Of a stretch of DNA of 64,000 bases, positions 50,056-59,335 are shown piece after piece (within the stretch, counting starts at the first letter, position 1; each line of letters begins with the position of its first letter). A program made the position numbers and the translations under genes. The notes under the pieces were generated by a model. The model searched no databases, was not told the origin of the DNA, and saw nothing but the letters and a program-made list of their open reading frames with translations. Origin of the DNA: an uncultured Actinomycetes bacterium (GTDB taxonomy: Bacteria; Actinomycetota; UBA4738; HRBIN12); the NCBI GenBank assembly GCA_963775735.1, contig CAVZKD010000007.1:214675-278674 (forward strand), given 5' to 3'.

Positions 50056-50475
50056 ATGGGAGACGACGACCGACCGGAGACCGTGCTGCTCGTGGAGCCC
50101 GACGACGAGGAACGAAGGCGCCTCGCCACGTGCCTCGAGGACGACGGGTTCGACGTCATGGTGTGTCCCGGTCCGACCGGGCCCGACTACACGTGCGTCG
50201 GCACCCGCACCCACGGCTGTCCCCTCGCGAAGGACGCGTCGATCGTCGTGCTCGATATGGACCTCGAGAGCGACGCGGCGATGGAGGGGAGCGGCGCGAT
50301 CGAGCTGCTCGACGTCTACCTGACCGGCGACAACCGCGTGGTCGCGCTGGCCGACGACCGGTTCCACGACGGGAACCCGGGACAGCTCGTTCGGGTGCGT
50401 CGCCGTCCCGCGCGGGACGAGCTGCTCGCGGCCATCTCATCGCTCGCGGGCGCGGCTCCGGTGGACCGCCTCTAG
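50056..50475 (+). CDS. receiver(REC)-like single-domain protein with Cys-rich insertion
   Basis: ATG 50056. VLLVEPDDEERRRL ... IVVLDMDL fits the REC acidic pocket and Asp. CPGPTGPDYTCVGTRTHGCP is inserted after beta-2. Confidence 0.45.
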   Translation: MGDDDRPETVLLVEPDDEERRRLATCLEDDGFDVMVCPGPTGPDYTCVGTRTHGCPLAKDASIVVLDMDLESDAAMEGSGAIELLDVYLTGDNRVVALADDRFHDGNPGQLVRVRRRPARDELLAAISSLAGAAPVDRL

Positions 50476-50529
50476 CCCGCGACGGAAGCGTCACGCACCA
50501 TCCGCACACGAGAACGAGGAGGACGCAGC

Positions 50530-51867
50530 ATGAAACACGGCATCCGAGCGTTCGCGCTGGTTCTGATCACCGTCACCGCCGTGGCGTGCACCGGCGAGGG
50601 CGACGGGGACGCGCCTCCCGGCGAGGAAGCGGCCGCCGCTCCGGCGACGATCGCCGTCTCGCTCACGGAGTTCGCGATCGGTCCGAACATGATCCACGCT
50701 CCCGCCGGCCAGGCGTTGCTATTCGAGGTCACGAACGACGGGGCCGCGGCACACACGTTCGCGATCGAGGCCGGTGGAACCGTCCAGGCGACGCCCGAGA
50801 TCCAGCCCGGCGGGACCGCGACCCTCGAGGTCGCTGCCCTGGAGGCCGGCACGTACCGCACCCTCTGCACGGTCTCGGGTCACGATCAAGCCGGCATGGT
50901 CGGCGAGCTCATGGTCATGGAGGAAGGCGCGGTGGTCGCCGCCGGCGGCACGGGTCCGACCGGTGCGACGGGCGGGGCGGTGAGCGTGCAGGACATGCTC
51001 GACGGGCACGAGGCCGGGGTCGCCGCCTTCCCCGCGGAGACCGAGGGCTTCGGCAACGAGCCGCTCGAACCGACGGTCGAGAACGGCGTGAAGCTCTTCG
51101 AGCTCACCGCCACCGAGCTCGACTGGGAGACCACTCCGGGCGTGACCGTGAGCGCGATGGCGTTCAACGGGACGGTCCCCGGTCCGGAGATCCGCGTCGC
51201 GCAGGGCGACAAGGTCCGGATCGTCCTGCGCAACGAGATGAGCCAGCCCACCGTGCTGCACTTCCACGGCGTGACGGTCCCGAACGACATGGACGGGGTC
51301 CCGTTCATCACGCAGGACCCGATCATGCCGGGCGACTTCTTCACCTACGAGTTCGAGGTGGTCGACCCGCCCGGGATGTACGTGTACCACTCGCACTTCA
51401 ACTCGACGGAGCAGGTGGGGAAGGGGTTGTATGGGGCCTTCTTCGTCCAGCCGAGGAACGACGACTGGGGCTCCCTCTACGACGCCGACATCGCCGTGGA
51501 GCACACGATGTTCCTCGGCGACGGGCCGACCGGGTTCGTGCTGAACGGCAAGGAGTTCCCCGCGACCCGGCCGATCGTCGCTGCGCTCGGCGACGACGTG
51601 CTGATCCACCTGTCGAACGACGGCGCCCAGATCCACCCGATGCACCTGCACGGCTACCACTTCCAGGTCGTCGCGGAGGACGGGTTCGTCCTCGACCGGG
51701 CGAACCGCTACCTGGCCGACACGCTGGCGGTCGCGCCGGGTCAGCGTTTCGACATCTTGGTGAAGGCGGAGTACCCGGGCGTGTGGGCCTACCACTGCCA
51801 CATCCTTCCCCACGTCGAAGGGCCGCACGGGATGTACGGGATGGTCACGGCGCTGATCGTGCAGTAG
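50530..51867 (+). CDS. lipoprotein multicopper oxidase with an extra N-terminal cupredoxin domain
   Basis: GAGGAGGA RBS. Lipobox AVAC. Type-1 Cu site H ... CTVSGHDQAGM in the N-terminal domain. All four MCO motifs follow: LHFHGV, YHSHF, HPMHLHG and HCHILPHVEGPHGM. Confidence 0.85.
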   Translation: MKHGIRAFALVLITVTAVACTGEGDGDAPPGEEAAAAPATIAVSLTEFAIGPNMIHAPAGQALLFEVTNDGAAAHTFAIEAGGTVQATPEIQPGGTATLEVAALEAGTYRTLCTVSGHDQAGMVGELMVMEEGAVVAAGGTGPTGATGGAVSVQDMLDGHEAGVAAFPAETEGFGNEPLEPTVENGVKLFELTATELDWETTPGVTVSAMAFNGTVPGPEIRVAQGDKVRIVLRNEMSQPTVLHFHGVTVPNDMDGVPFITQDPIMPGDFFTYEFEVVDPPGMYVYHSHFNSTEQVGKGLYGAFFVQPRNDDWGSLYDADIAVEHTMFLGDGPTGFVLNGKEFPATRPIVAALGDDVLIHLSNDGAQIHPMHLHGYHFQVVAEDGFVLDRANRYLADTLAVAPGQRFDILVKAEYPGVWAYHCHILPHVEGPHGMYGMVTALIVQ

Positions 51868-51871
51868 GCGG

Positions 51872-52972
51872 CTACAGCGGCAATTCGACGCGGACGGTCG
51901 TCCCATGGTGGGGGTCGGATGTGACCGACGCCGTCCCACCCATGCCTGTGGCGCGTCCCTCGAGGTTGGCGAGGCCGTCCCCTCGCGGTGCGGTGGCGAC
52001 GTCGAACCCTGCACCGTCGTCGTCGATCTCGAGGAGTCCAACGCCGGCCTCGTGCCGGAGGGTGATCCGGCAGGTGGTGGCCCGCGCGTGCCGCCCGACG
52101 TTCGAGAGCGCCTCACGTACGAGCTGGATCACGTCCGAGGCGGCCGGCGCCAGCTGTGCTGCGACCTCAGGATCGACCTCGACGATCGTGACCACCCCGG
52201 TCTTCTCGCGGAACTCGTCGGCGAGAGCGTGGAGGGCGGCTTCGAGCTCTCGGTCGGCGAGGATCCCGGGCCGCAACCCGAAGATGTAGTTGCGCAGGTC
52301 GCGGATCACGCGATCGAGCTCCTCGACCGCGCCGTCGAGCCGTTCCGAGATCTGCGGATCGCGGGCGACCATCGAAGTGCCTTCGAGTCCCATCCCCACC
52401 GCGAACAGCGACTGGATCACGCCGTCGTGCAGTTCCTTCGCGATGCGCTCGCGGTCCTCGAGGAGCGCGAGCCGCTCGACGTCCTGGTAGAGGCGCGCGT
52501 TCTCGATGGCTACGCCCGCCTGCGTCGCCAGCACGACGAGCGCGTTTTCGTCTTCCTGGCCGAACTCCGCGGACCCTCGCTTGTCCGTGAGGTAGATGTT
52601 CCCGAACACCTTCCCCCGGGCCGTGACGGGCGCTCCGAGGAACGAGGTCATCAGCGGATGGTTGGGCGGGAACCCCGAAGAGTCGCGATGCTCCGAGATG
52701 CGGGAGACGCGCCGCGGGTGTGGGTCGCGGATCAACAGGCCCAGGAGGCCCCGACCGGTCGGGAGGTCGCCGATCGCGGCTCGGCGTTCCGGCGTGATGC
52801 CGGTCGTCACGAACTCGCTGATCGTTCCGTCCTCGCCGAGGACCCCGAGCGCCCCGTAGGTGGCATCCGTGAGCTCGGCCGCGAGCTCCACGATGCGTTG
52901 CAGGACCGTCTCGAGGTCGAGCTCCGAGGCGAGCTCGAGGCCCGAACGGATGAGCTTGTCTCGGCGGTCCAT
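51872..52972 (-). CDS. GAF-domain sensor histidine kinase (HisKA_3/NarL-type)
   Basis: GAF domain (YGALGVLGEDG ... FLGAPV ... GNIYL). H-box RIAKELHDGVIQSLF. HATPase (REALSNVGRHA ... DDGAGF). Confidence 0.85.
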   Translation of the reverse strand: MDRRDKLIRSGLELASELDLETVLQRIVELAAELTDATYGALGVLGEDGTISEFVTTGITPERRAAIGDLPTGRGLLGLLIRDPHPRRVSRISEHRDSSGFPPNHPLMTSFLGAPVTARGKVFGNIYLTDKRGSAEFGQEDENALVVLATQAGVAIENARLYQDVERLALLEDRERIAKELHDGVIQSLFAVGMGLEGTSMVARDPQISERLDGAVEELDRVIRDLRNYIFGLRPGILADRELEAALHALADEFREKTGVVTIVEVDPEVAAQLAPAASDVIQLVREALSNVGRHARATTCRITLRHEAGVGLLEIDDDGAGFDVATAPRGDGLANLEGRATGMGGTASVTSDPHHGTTVRVELPL

Positions 52973-53097
52973 CGCGCGCGGCAGCCTAGCGCGACCGGTC
53001 GCGCCAGCGCCTCCCGTCGCGGGCAGGCGGCCGAAGGGACCTCCGAGACCGGGACCATCGGCCCTCCCGAGCGCGCTCGCGGCCCTGGAACATCGCG

Positions 53098-53565
53098 GTG
53101 GAGGTGAGGTCGATGAGCGTTCGGGAGGCGATGCACGGAGACGACGTGCTCACCACGTTGGGCACGGTCGAGCAGGCGATGTCGACGGACTTCGGGGTGC
53201 TGTCGCAGGACACCCTCGCTGGAGAGGCGGTCGTGCTTCTGGAGGGGATGGGTGCGGGGACCGGGCTCGTGGTCGAAGGAGGGCGGCTCGTCGGCGTGGT
53301 GACGCTCCGCGACCTGCTGGACGAGCGGACGTTGGCGAGCAGGGCCGGGATGCCATGGGGACCCGGACGCAGCCGGGCGAGTTGGTTCGTCTTCGATGTC
53401 ATGACCCCGTGCCATCGGGCGGTTTCGCCGGCCGCGCCGCTCGCCAGGGCCGCCTGCACGATGTACGAGGAGAACCTGGAACGCGTGCCGGTGGCGAACG
53501 ACGACTGGCAGCTCGTCGGCGTGCTCTCGCGACGGGACGTGATCCGCGCGGTCGCGCGTCGTTAG
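53098..53565 (+). CDS. CBS-pair domain protein
   Basis: Two CBS-like units (VVEGGRLVGVVTLRDLL ... VANDDWQLVGVLSRRDVIRAV). The start may be ATG 53113. Confidence 0.7.
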   Translation: MEVRSMSVREAMHGDDVLTTLGTVEQAMSTDFGVLSQDTLAGEAVVLLEGMGAGTGLVVEGGRLVGVVTLRDLLDERTLASRAGMPWGPGRSRASWFVFDVMTPCHRAVSPAAPLARAACTMYEENLERVPVANDDWQLVGVLSRRDVIRAVARR

Positions 53566-54293
53566 ACGGTCGCCACCTCGGCGGCGAAGATCGGGGCGGT
53601 CGTGGGCGCGTCGGGGCACGAGGACGGTTCGACCGTCACGGCCAGGAGGCCGATGCCCTCCATCGACTCGTCGATGAACTCGAAGAGGGAGCCGTCCTCG
53701 TTCGGTGTCGCACAGAGCGCGGATGCCGGTGTCTCGCCCGTGAACAGCCACAGCTCGTAGACCTGACCCTCCGGCAGCGCGGGAAGACCGGAGCCGGCCA
53801 GGAACAGGCCCTCCTCGCCGGGCCGGAACGCGGCCGTGATCGTGCCGGCGCCGGGTTCACCCTCGAGCGCAACCACCGTCGCGTCCGCCGGCACGCGTTC
53901 GTCCTCCATCACGGCGCCACCGATCAGCCAGCCGCCGGCGAACAACGCGAACGCCGCGGCGACGCCGATCAGCGGTCGCAGGATCCCGCCGCGTCGACGC
54001 GGCGCTCGAACGGGCTCCCGGTCGGGCTCCGGCGCCGTCGCCGGCGCCCCGGGGCGCTCGCCGAGCGCGAGTTCGATCGTCTGCTCCTGGAAGGAGTGCC
54101 GAACAGCGACGGGGTCGAGCGCGAACGCGAGGCGACCGGCGACCTCTCCGTACTCGTTCTCGAGCCGGCGGCACTCGGCGCAGTCGGGTCCGTGCTCGTG
54201 CATCTCGGTCTCGAGCTCGACGACGTCGTCGGCATCCAGCCCACCGATCGCGCGGATCGCGATGAGCTCCTCGATGCGCTCGTGGCTCCTCAT
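53562..54293 (-). CDS. anti-sigma factor (zf-HC2 N-terminus, RskA-like C-terminal domain)
   Basis: H-x3-C-x2-C (HEHGPDCAEC), a central TM helix LIGVAAAFALFAGGWLIGG and an extracytoplasmic domain. Overlaps the sigma gene stop. Confidence 0.75.
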   Translation of the reverse strand: MRSHERIEELIAIRAIGGLDADDVVELETEMHEHGPDCAECRRLENEYGEVAGRLAFALDPVAVRHSFQEQTIELALGERPGAPATAPEPDREPVRAPRRRGGILRPLIGVAAAFALFAGGWLIGGAVMEDERVPADATVVALEGEPGAGTITAAFRPGEEGLFLAGSGLPALPEGQVYELWLFTGETPASALCATPNEDGSLFEFIDESMEGIGLLAVTVEPSSCPDAPTTAPIFAAEVATV

Positions 54294-54949
54294 CGTTCCA
54301 TCCCTGCCAACCTGGTCCGCAACCTCCGCATGCCCAGCAGGGTCCGCGACTTCACGGTCCCGAGCGGCAGGGAGAGCTTCTCGGCGATCTTCGACTGCGA
54401 GAGGCCGTCGAAGTACATGAGCTCGATCACCTGACGCTGCTCCGGCGGGAGCTCTTCGAGCGCTCCACGCACCGCCTTCCGCTCCTCGGGCAGGCCGATC
54501 TCGTCCACGACCTGCTCGGCGGGATCGGCGACGGTCGTGGGCTCCGAGAGCTGCGACTCCTCGGCTCGCCTGCGCTGGGACTCCTCACGGCGGACGGTGT
54601 CGACCGCGCGGTGATGGACGGTGCCCATCAGCCAGGCGCGAACGGACCCTCGGGACTGGTCGTAGCCCTCCGGGTTCCGCCACACAGCAAGGAATGCCTC
54701 CTGCACGATCTCCTCCGCGAGGAAGGGCTGCCGGACCACCCGGCGTGCGATCGCCATGGCGGTCGGCGCGTACCGTCCGAAGAGCACTCGGAAGGCTTCG
54801 CCGTCACCACGGTCGATCCGTTGGACCAGGTCGCGATCTCGGGCGTCGGAGAGGTCGGCCGTCACGGGCGGTCCCCATGACGCACGGGCATCGGGCGCCT
54901 CGAGGAGCGGGACCCTGACCGATCGTTCAGTCCGTTCCTCGACGGGCAT
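54290..54949 (-). CDS. ECF-type RNA polymerase sigma factor
   Basis: Region 2 (FRVLFGRYAPTAMAIARRVV ... EEIVQEAFLAVWRN) and region 4 (LPPEQRQVIELMYFDGLSQSKIAEKLSLPLGTVKSR). The true start may be internal. Confidence 0.85.
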   Translation of the reverse strand: MPVEERTERSVRVPLLEAPDARASWGPPVTADLSDARDRDLVQRIDRGDGEAFRVLFGRYAPTAMAIARRVVRQPFLAEEIVQEAFLAVWRNPEGYDQSRGSVRAWLMGTVHHRAVDTVRREESQRRRAEESQLSEPTTVADPAEQVVDEIGLPEERKAVRGALEELPPEQRQVIELMYFDGLSQSKIAEKLSLPLGTVKSRTLLGMRRLRTRLAGMER

Positions 54950-55073
54950 TCGCAGCGGCGTGTTCGCCGGATCGGCGACCCGCGCCCGCGGGTCGCACTT
55001 CTCATGTCGGTCCTGACGTGTCGGCGGTTCTCATGCTCCGGACCGGGGCGCGGCCGGCCGGAGAGACGTCGAC

Positions 55074-55895
55074 TCACGGCTCGCTCCAGGGCCGCCGCAT
55101 CTGCCGGTCGGCCTGCACGATCAACGTGTCGAGGCCGACGGGGTGTTCCGGGTCGTAGACGGCGGCGCCGACGGACAGGGCGGGGCCCCGCGAGCGCCCG
55201 TTCCGGGCGTTGTGGTCGGCCACGGCCTCGACCACCCGAGTCAGGACAAGTGACTCGGTTCCCGAACCGGCCCCGGCGAGCAACACGGAGAAGACCCCCG
55301 GGCCGGTGCGCGCGACCACGTCCGACGCCCGGACGGCCGCACGCAGCAACGACGCGGCCTCGGTGATCGCGGCTCCACCGCGCGGTTCGCCGAGATCGTC
55401 CAGCCGGATGAACACGAGCACCACCGGCGACTTCGAGCGATCCGCCAGGCGCAGGTGGTGGGCGGCGAGCAGCCGGAACCCCTCGGTGGCGACCAGCCCG
55501 GTCGGCTCGTCGACCAGCTGATGCCGCTCGAGGTCCCCCTCGAGGCGAGCGAGCTCGGCGGCGTATCGCAACACCCGCCCGAGCAGATCGGTGCCGGAGT
55601 CCGCCGGCAACGCATCGCGCGCGCCTGCCCCGAGGGCCTCCCGGATGTTCGCTTCCGATGTCGTCAGGGCGATCACCGGAACGTCAGGCGCGCGCTCCCG
55701 GAGCGAACGGACGATATCCGGACCCGAGGCGTCGGGCAGCTCGAGCGCCGTGAGCACGACGTCGATGCCGCCGTCGGACAGGTGGGCGAGGGCGCCGAGC
55801 AGGTCGTCGGCCAGCTCGACCGCGCATCCCTGCAGGTCGCCGGGATCGGCTCCGACGGCCAGCACGGCCACCTCGCGTTCCGCGCCTGGGGTCAT
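55074..55895 (-). CDS. response-regulator receiver fused to a degenerate GGDEF domain
   Basis: ATG 55895. REC-like N-terminus (DVVLTALELPDASG). GGDEF fold (DEPTGLV ... VLVFIRLD), but the signature reads ARTGPGVFSVLL (GPGVF in place of GGDEF). Confidence 0.75.
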   Translation of the reverse strand: MTPGAEREVAVLAVGADPGDLQGCAVELADDLLGALAHLSDGGIDVVLTALELPDASGPDIVRSLRERAPDVPVIALTTSEANIREALGAGARDALPADSGTDLLGRVLRYAAELARLEGDLERHQLVDEPTGLVATEGFRLLAAHHLRLADRSKSPVVLVFIRLDDLGEPRGGAAITEAASLLRAAVRASDVVARTGPGVFSVLLAGAGSGTESLVLTRVVEAVADHNARNGRSRGPALSVGAAVYDPEHPVGLDTLIVQADRQMRRPWSEP

Positions 55896-55948
55896 GGGCA
55901 GGAGCAAGCCTAATGCCAGCCCGGACCGTGGGCGGGAACCGGCCCGGT

Positions 55949-57893
55949 TCAACCGGCGGGTCGATCGACCGCGGAGCGGATGGAGTCGAGCGCCCCCGGG
56001 TTCTCGAGGCTGGAGAGGTCGCCGGCTTCGTCGCCCGTGACGGTCGCGCGGATCGCGCGGCGCAGGATCTTCGCCGACCGGGTGCGCGGCAGTTCGGGCA
56101 CGACCACGACACGGGAAGGCGTGAAGGCCTTGCCGAGGTGCTCGGCGACCAGCCCCGCCAGCTCCCGCTCGATCCCGGATGTCGCCTCCCCGTTCGTCAC
56201 GACGAAACACCAGATCGCCTCGCCCTTCACCTCGTCCGGGATACCCACCACGGCCGATTCCGCAACCGAGGGGTGCAGGGTCAGGATGCTCTCGACCTCG
56301 GCCGGGCCGAGCCGTTTGCCGGCGACGTTCATCGTGTCGTCGCTTCGACCGTGCAGGAACCAGAAGCCGTCCTCGTCCACGCTCGCCCAATCGCCATGGC
56401 ACCAGACGCCGGGGAACCGGCGCCAGTAGGTCTCGAGGTATCGCTCGGGGTCGCCGCGCAGACCGCGCGTCATCGAGGGCCAGGGCTGACGACACACGAG
56501 CTCGCCGACCTCACCCGGGTCCGCCTCCGTCCCGTCGGGCCGGAAGACCGCGAGGTCCATGCCGAGCGACGGACCGCGCAGCGTGCAGGACTTCAGCGGG
56601 CTGATCGGGTGCGGCGAGAGGAAGCAGGCGCCGATCTCGGTCCCACCCGACAGGTTGATGACCGGCAGGCGCCCGCCGCCGACCTCGTCGAAGAACCACC
56701 GGTACGGCTCCGGGTTCCACGGCTCTCCGGTGGACGCGAGGATCCGGAGCGAGGAGAGGTCGTGCGACCGGACCGCCTGCTCGCCCGCGGGGATCAGCGC
56801 GCGGATCAGGGTGGGGGAGACGCCGAGGTGGGTGACCTCGTGGCGCTCGACGAGCGACCACAGGCGATCGGGCCCGGGATGGTTCGGGGCGCCGTCGTAC
56901 AGGAACACGGTCGCACCGAGCGCCGTCGCGCCGACGATCTCCCACGGGCCCATGATCCAGCCGAGGTCGGCGAACCAGAACAGAACGTCCCCCTGCCGCA
57001 CGTCGGTCTGGTACGCGACCTCCTCGGCGATCTTCACGAGGAACCCGCCGTGGACGTGGACCGCACCCTTCGGCCGGCCGGTCGTGCCGCTCGTATACGC
57101 GATGAACAGCGGGTGCTCCGGATCGAGGTGCCTGGTCTCGAACCGTTCGGGCTGCTGCCACAGCAGCTCGTCCCAACGGAGGTCGCGCGCCGCATCCCAC
57201 GGCGCGTCCGCGCGGAAGGCGCGCTCGACCACGATCACGCGCTCCACGCTCGGCGCGAGCGCCACGGCCTCGTCGGCCACCTCCTTCATCGCGACGTGCT
57301 TCCCGCGCCGAGGGAACCCGTCGGCCGTGATGAGGACCTTCGCCTGGGCGTCGGCGAGCCGTTGCGCGACGGCGTCCGCCCCGAACCCGCTGAAGATCGG
57401 GAGGAAGATCGCGCCGAGCTTCGCGCACGCGAACACCGAGGCGACGGCCTCCGGGGTCATCGGGAGGAAGATCCCGACCGCGTCGCCGGTCTCGACGCCG
57501 AGAGAGACGAGCCCGTTCGCGAGCCGGTCGGCCGTCTCGCGCAGCTCTCGGAACGTCACGTGGCGGACCTCGCCCTCCTCGCCCTTCCCACACGACGGCG
57601 AGCGCGTCCGGCGTGCGTTCGGCCCATCGGTCCACGCAGTTGTGCGCGAGGTTCACGCTGCCGCCGCCGAACCACGTCGCCCACTCGACCCCGCGGGACG
57701 TGTCCAGGACGCGTTCGTACGGCTCGAAGAACTCGAGGCCGAGGTCGCGCACGACGGCGTCCCAGAACCAGGCGACGTCCTGCGTCGAGCGCCGGATCAG
57801 CTCGTCCTCGGACGCGATCCCGTTGGCACGCATGAACCGGGTGACGTTCGCCCGCTCCACGACCTCGTCGCTCGGTTTCCACACGATCGTCAC
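55949..57893 (-). CDS. AMP-forming acyl/acetyl-CoA synthetase family enzyme, one frame break
   Basis: N-terminal 105 aa (GTG 57893, MTIVWKPSDEV ... ALAVVWEG) are in the frame of ORF 56511..57893. The rest (VTFRELRETADRL ... YTSGTTGRPKG ... GEPWNPE ... GRSDDTMNVAGKR ... RTRSAKILRR) is ORF 55949..57559. The join is at ~57575-57586. Confidence 0.8.
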
Positions 57894-57946
57894 GGGGGCC
57901 TCCGTCTCGCGTCCCCGGCGGTCCCGGTACGCTTCCCGGACAGCCT

Positions 57947-59335
57947 ATGGTCGACCACTCCCACCCGCACGCGCGCCGCGCGTTCCTGGCCGCGACGGCC
58001 AGCGTCTCCGCGTTCGTCGCGGTCGTTGCGGCGTTCAGCATGGGGACGTACTTCTGGGCCCGCGGCCAGATCAACGTGATCCCCGACCCGCCCCAGATCG
58101 AGGCGACCGAACCGGCCGAGCCCGACATCGCCGGCGTGTGCGACGAGCGCGCCTGCAACTACCTGCTGCTGGGGAGCGACTCGCGCGAGGGGCTCACGCC
58201 CGAGGAGCAGGTGGCGTTCGGGACGGACGAGGACATCGGCGGCGAGAACCGCTCCGACACGATCATCCTCGTGCACACGGAGCCGGACCAGCGGCAGGCG
58301 ACGTTCCTGTCGTTCCCCCGCGACCTGTGGGTCGACATCCCGGGCGTCGGCCCGGGGAGGATCAACTCGGCGTTCGAGGGCGGCATCGACGGCGGGGGCG
58401 CGCAGCGCGTCGCCCGCACCGTGAGGCAGCTCACCGGCCTGCGGATCAACCACGTCCTGTACGTCGACCTCGCCGGGTTCCAGGGACTGGTCGACGCGCT
58501 CGACGGAGTGGACGTGTGCGTCCCGTACCCGATGCAGGACGAGCTCACCGGCCTGGACATCCCCGCGGGGTGCCAGCGGTTCGACGGCTCGACGGCGCTC
58601 GCGTACGTGCGGACGCGGCACCAGCCCTGCGACGCGATCCCGGACTTCGCGAGGATCGGACGTCAGCAGCAGTTCATGCGTGCGGTGGTCTCGCGGCTGC
58701 TGTCGCCGGGCGAGCTGCTGCGGCTGCCGACGCTCGTTCCCGAGCTGCTCGACAACCTCGTCGTCGACGAGGGCCTGCGCAACCCGGCCGAGCTCGTGTA
58801 CCTGGCGGGCACCCTCGACGGCGTGAACACCGGAGCGGCGGACTTCCGCTCGGTGCCCTCGATCCCGGCGGGGACCTACGTGGACGGCCAGTACCTGTCG
58901 ATCGTGCGGTCGATCGAGCCGCAGGCGACCCAGCTGTTCGAACGCATCAAGCAGGGCAAGCCGCTCGGCGATCTCGGCAGGCAGCTGGCGTCGATCCCGC
59001 CGAGCCCGGCCAACATCGTCGTCACCGTCGTCGACAAGGGCGCGGATATCGTCGCCACCGACATGCTCGGCGTTCTCACCGATGGGGGGTTCAACACGTC
59101 GCCCGGTGTCGTCGGCCGGGCCGAGGTCCGTTCACCGGTCAAGGGGTCGGCGATCGTGTACCGCGAGGGGTTCGAGCCCGAGGCGAAGGTGGTCGGCACG
59201 TACTTCCGGGACCTGCCGCTCGTGCCGGCGCCGGCGGGTGCGCTCCCGGCCGGCGTGGACGTCGCCGTGGTCGCCACGGCGAACTACGAGATCCCCCCGC
59301 CGAGCACCGAGGCGCCGGTGGAGTGCCCCTCGTGA
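57947..59335 (+). CDS. LytR-CpsA-Psr (LCP) family cell-wall glycopolymer transferase with LytR_C domain
   Basis: N-terminal TM helix. LCP core (NYLLLGSDSR ... RSDTIILVH ... LSFPRDLWVDIPG ... RINSAF). C-terminal LytR_C-like region. Confidence 0.85.
   Translation: MVDHSHPHARRAFLAATASVSAFVAVVAAFSMGTYFWARGQINVIPDPPQIEATEPAEPDIAGVCDERACNYLLLGSDSREGLTPEEQVAFGTDEDIGGENRSDTIILVHTEPDQRQATFLSFPRDLWVDIPGVGPGRINSAFEGGIDGGGAQRVARTVRQLTGLRINHVLYVDLAGFQGLVDALDGVDVCVPYPMQDELTGLDIPAGCQRFDGSTALAYVRTRHQPCDAIPDFARIGRQQQFMRAVVSRLLSPGELLRLPTLVPELLDNLVVDEGLRNPAELVYLAGTLDGVNTGAADFRSVPSIPAGTYVDGQYLSIVRSIEPQATQLFERIKQGKPLGDLGRQLASIPPSPANIVVTVVDKGADIVATDMLGVLTDGGFNTSPGVVGRAEVRSPVKGSAIVYREGFEPEAKVVGTYFRDLPLVPAPAGALPAGVDVAVVATANYEIPPPSTEAPVECPS

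Noticed and set aside
49971-52289. 772-aa plus-strand ORF spanning the REC-like, oxidase and GAF-kinase loci
   Set aside because: Arg/Gly/Pro-rich nonsense composition. It overlaps motif-bearing genes in other frames or on the other strand. The same reasoning applies to 5697..7694(-), 10213..12072(+), 34062..35342(-), 34463..36040(-), 38080..39753(+), 39922..41151(+), 42781..44736(-), 16115..17752(+) and 16657..18717(+).
57613-59331. N-terminal 573 aa of the 923-aa ORF that contains rmlA
   Set aside because: It overlaps the acyl-CoA synthetase (opposite strand) and the LCP gene (other frame), and is Arg/Pro/Gly-rich. rmlA starts at the GTG that overlaps the LCP stop.
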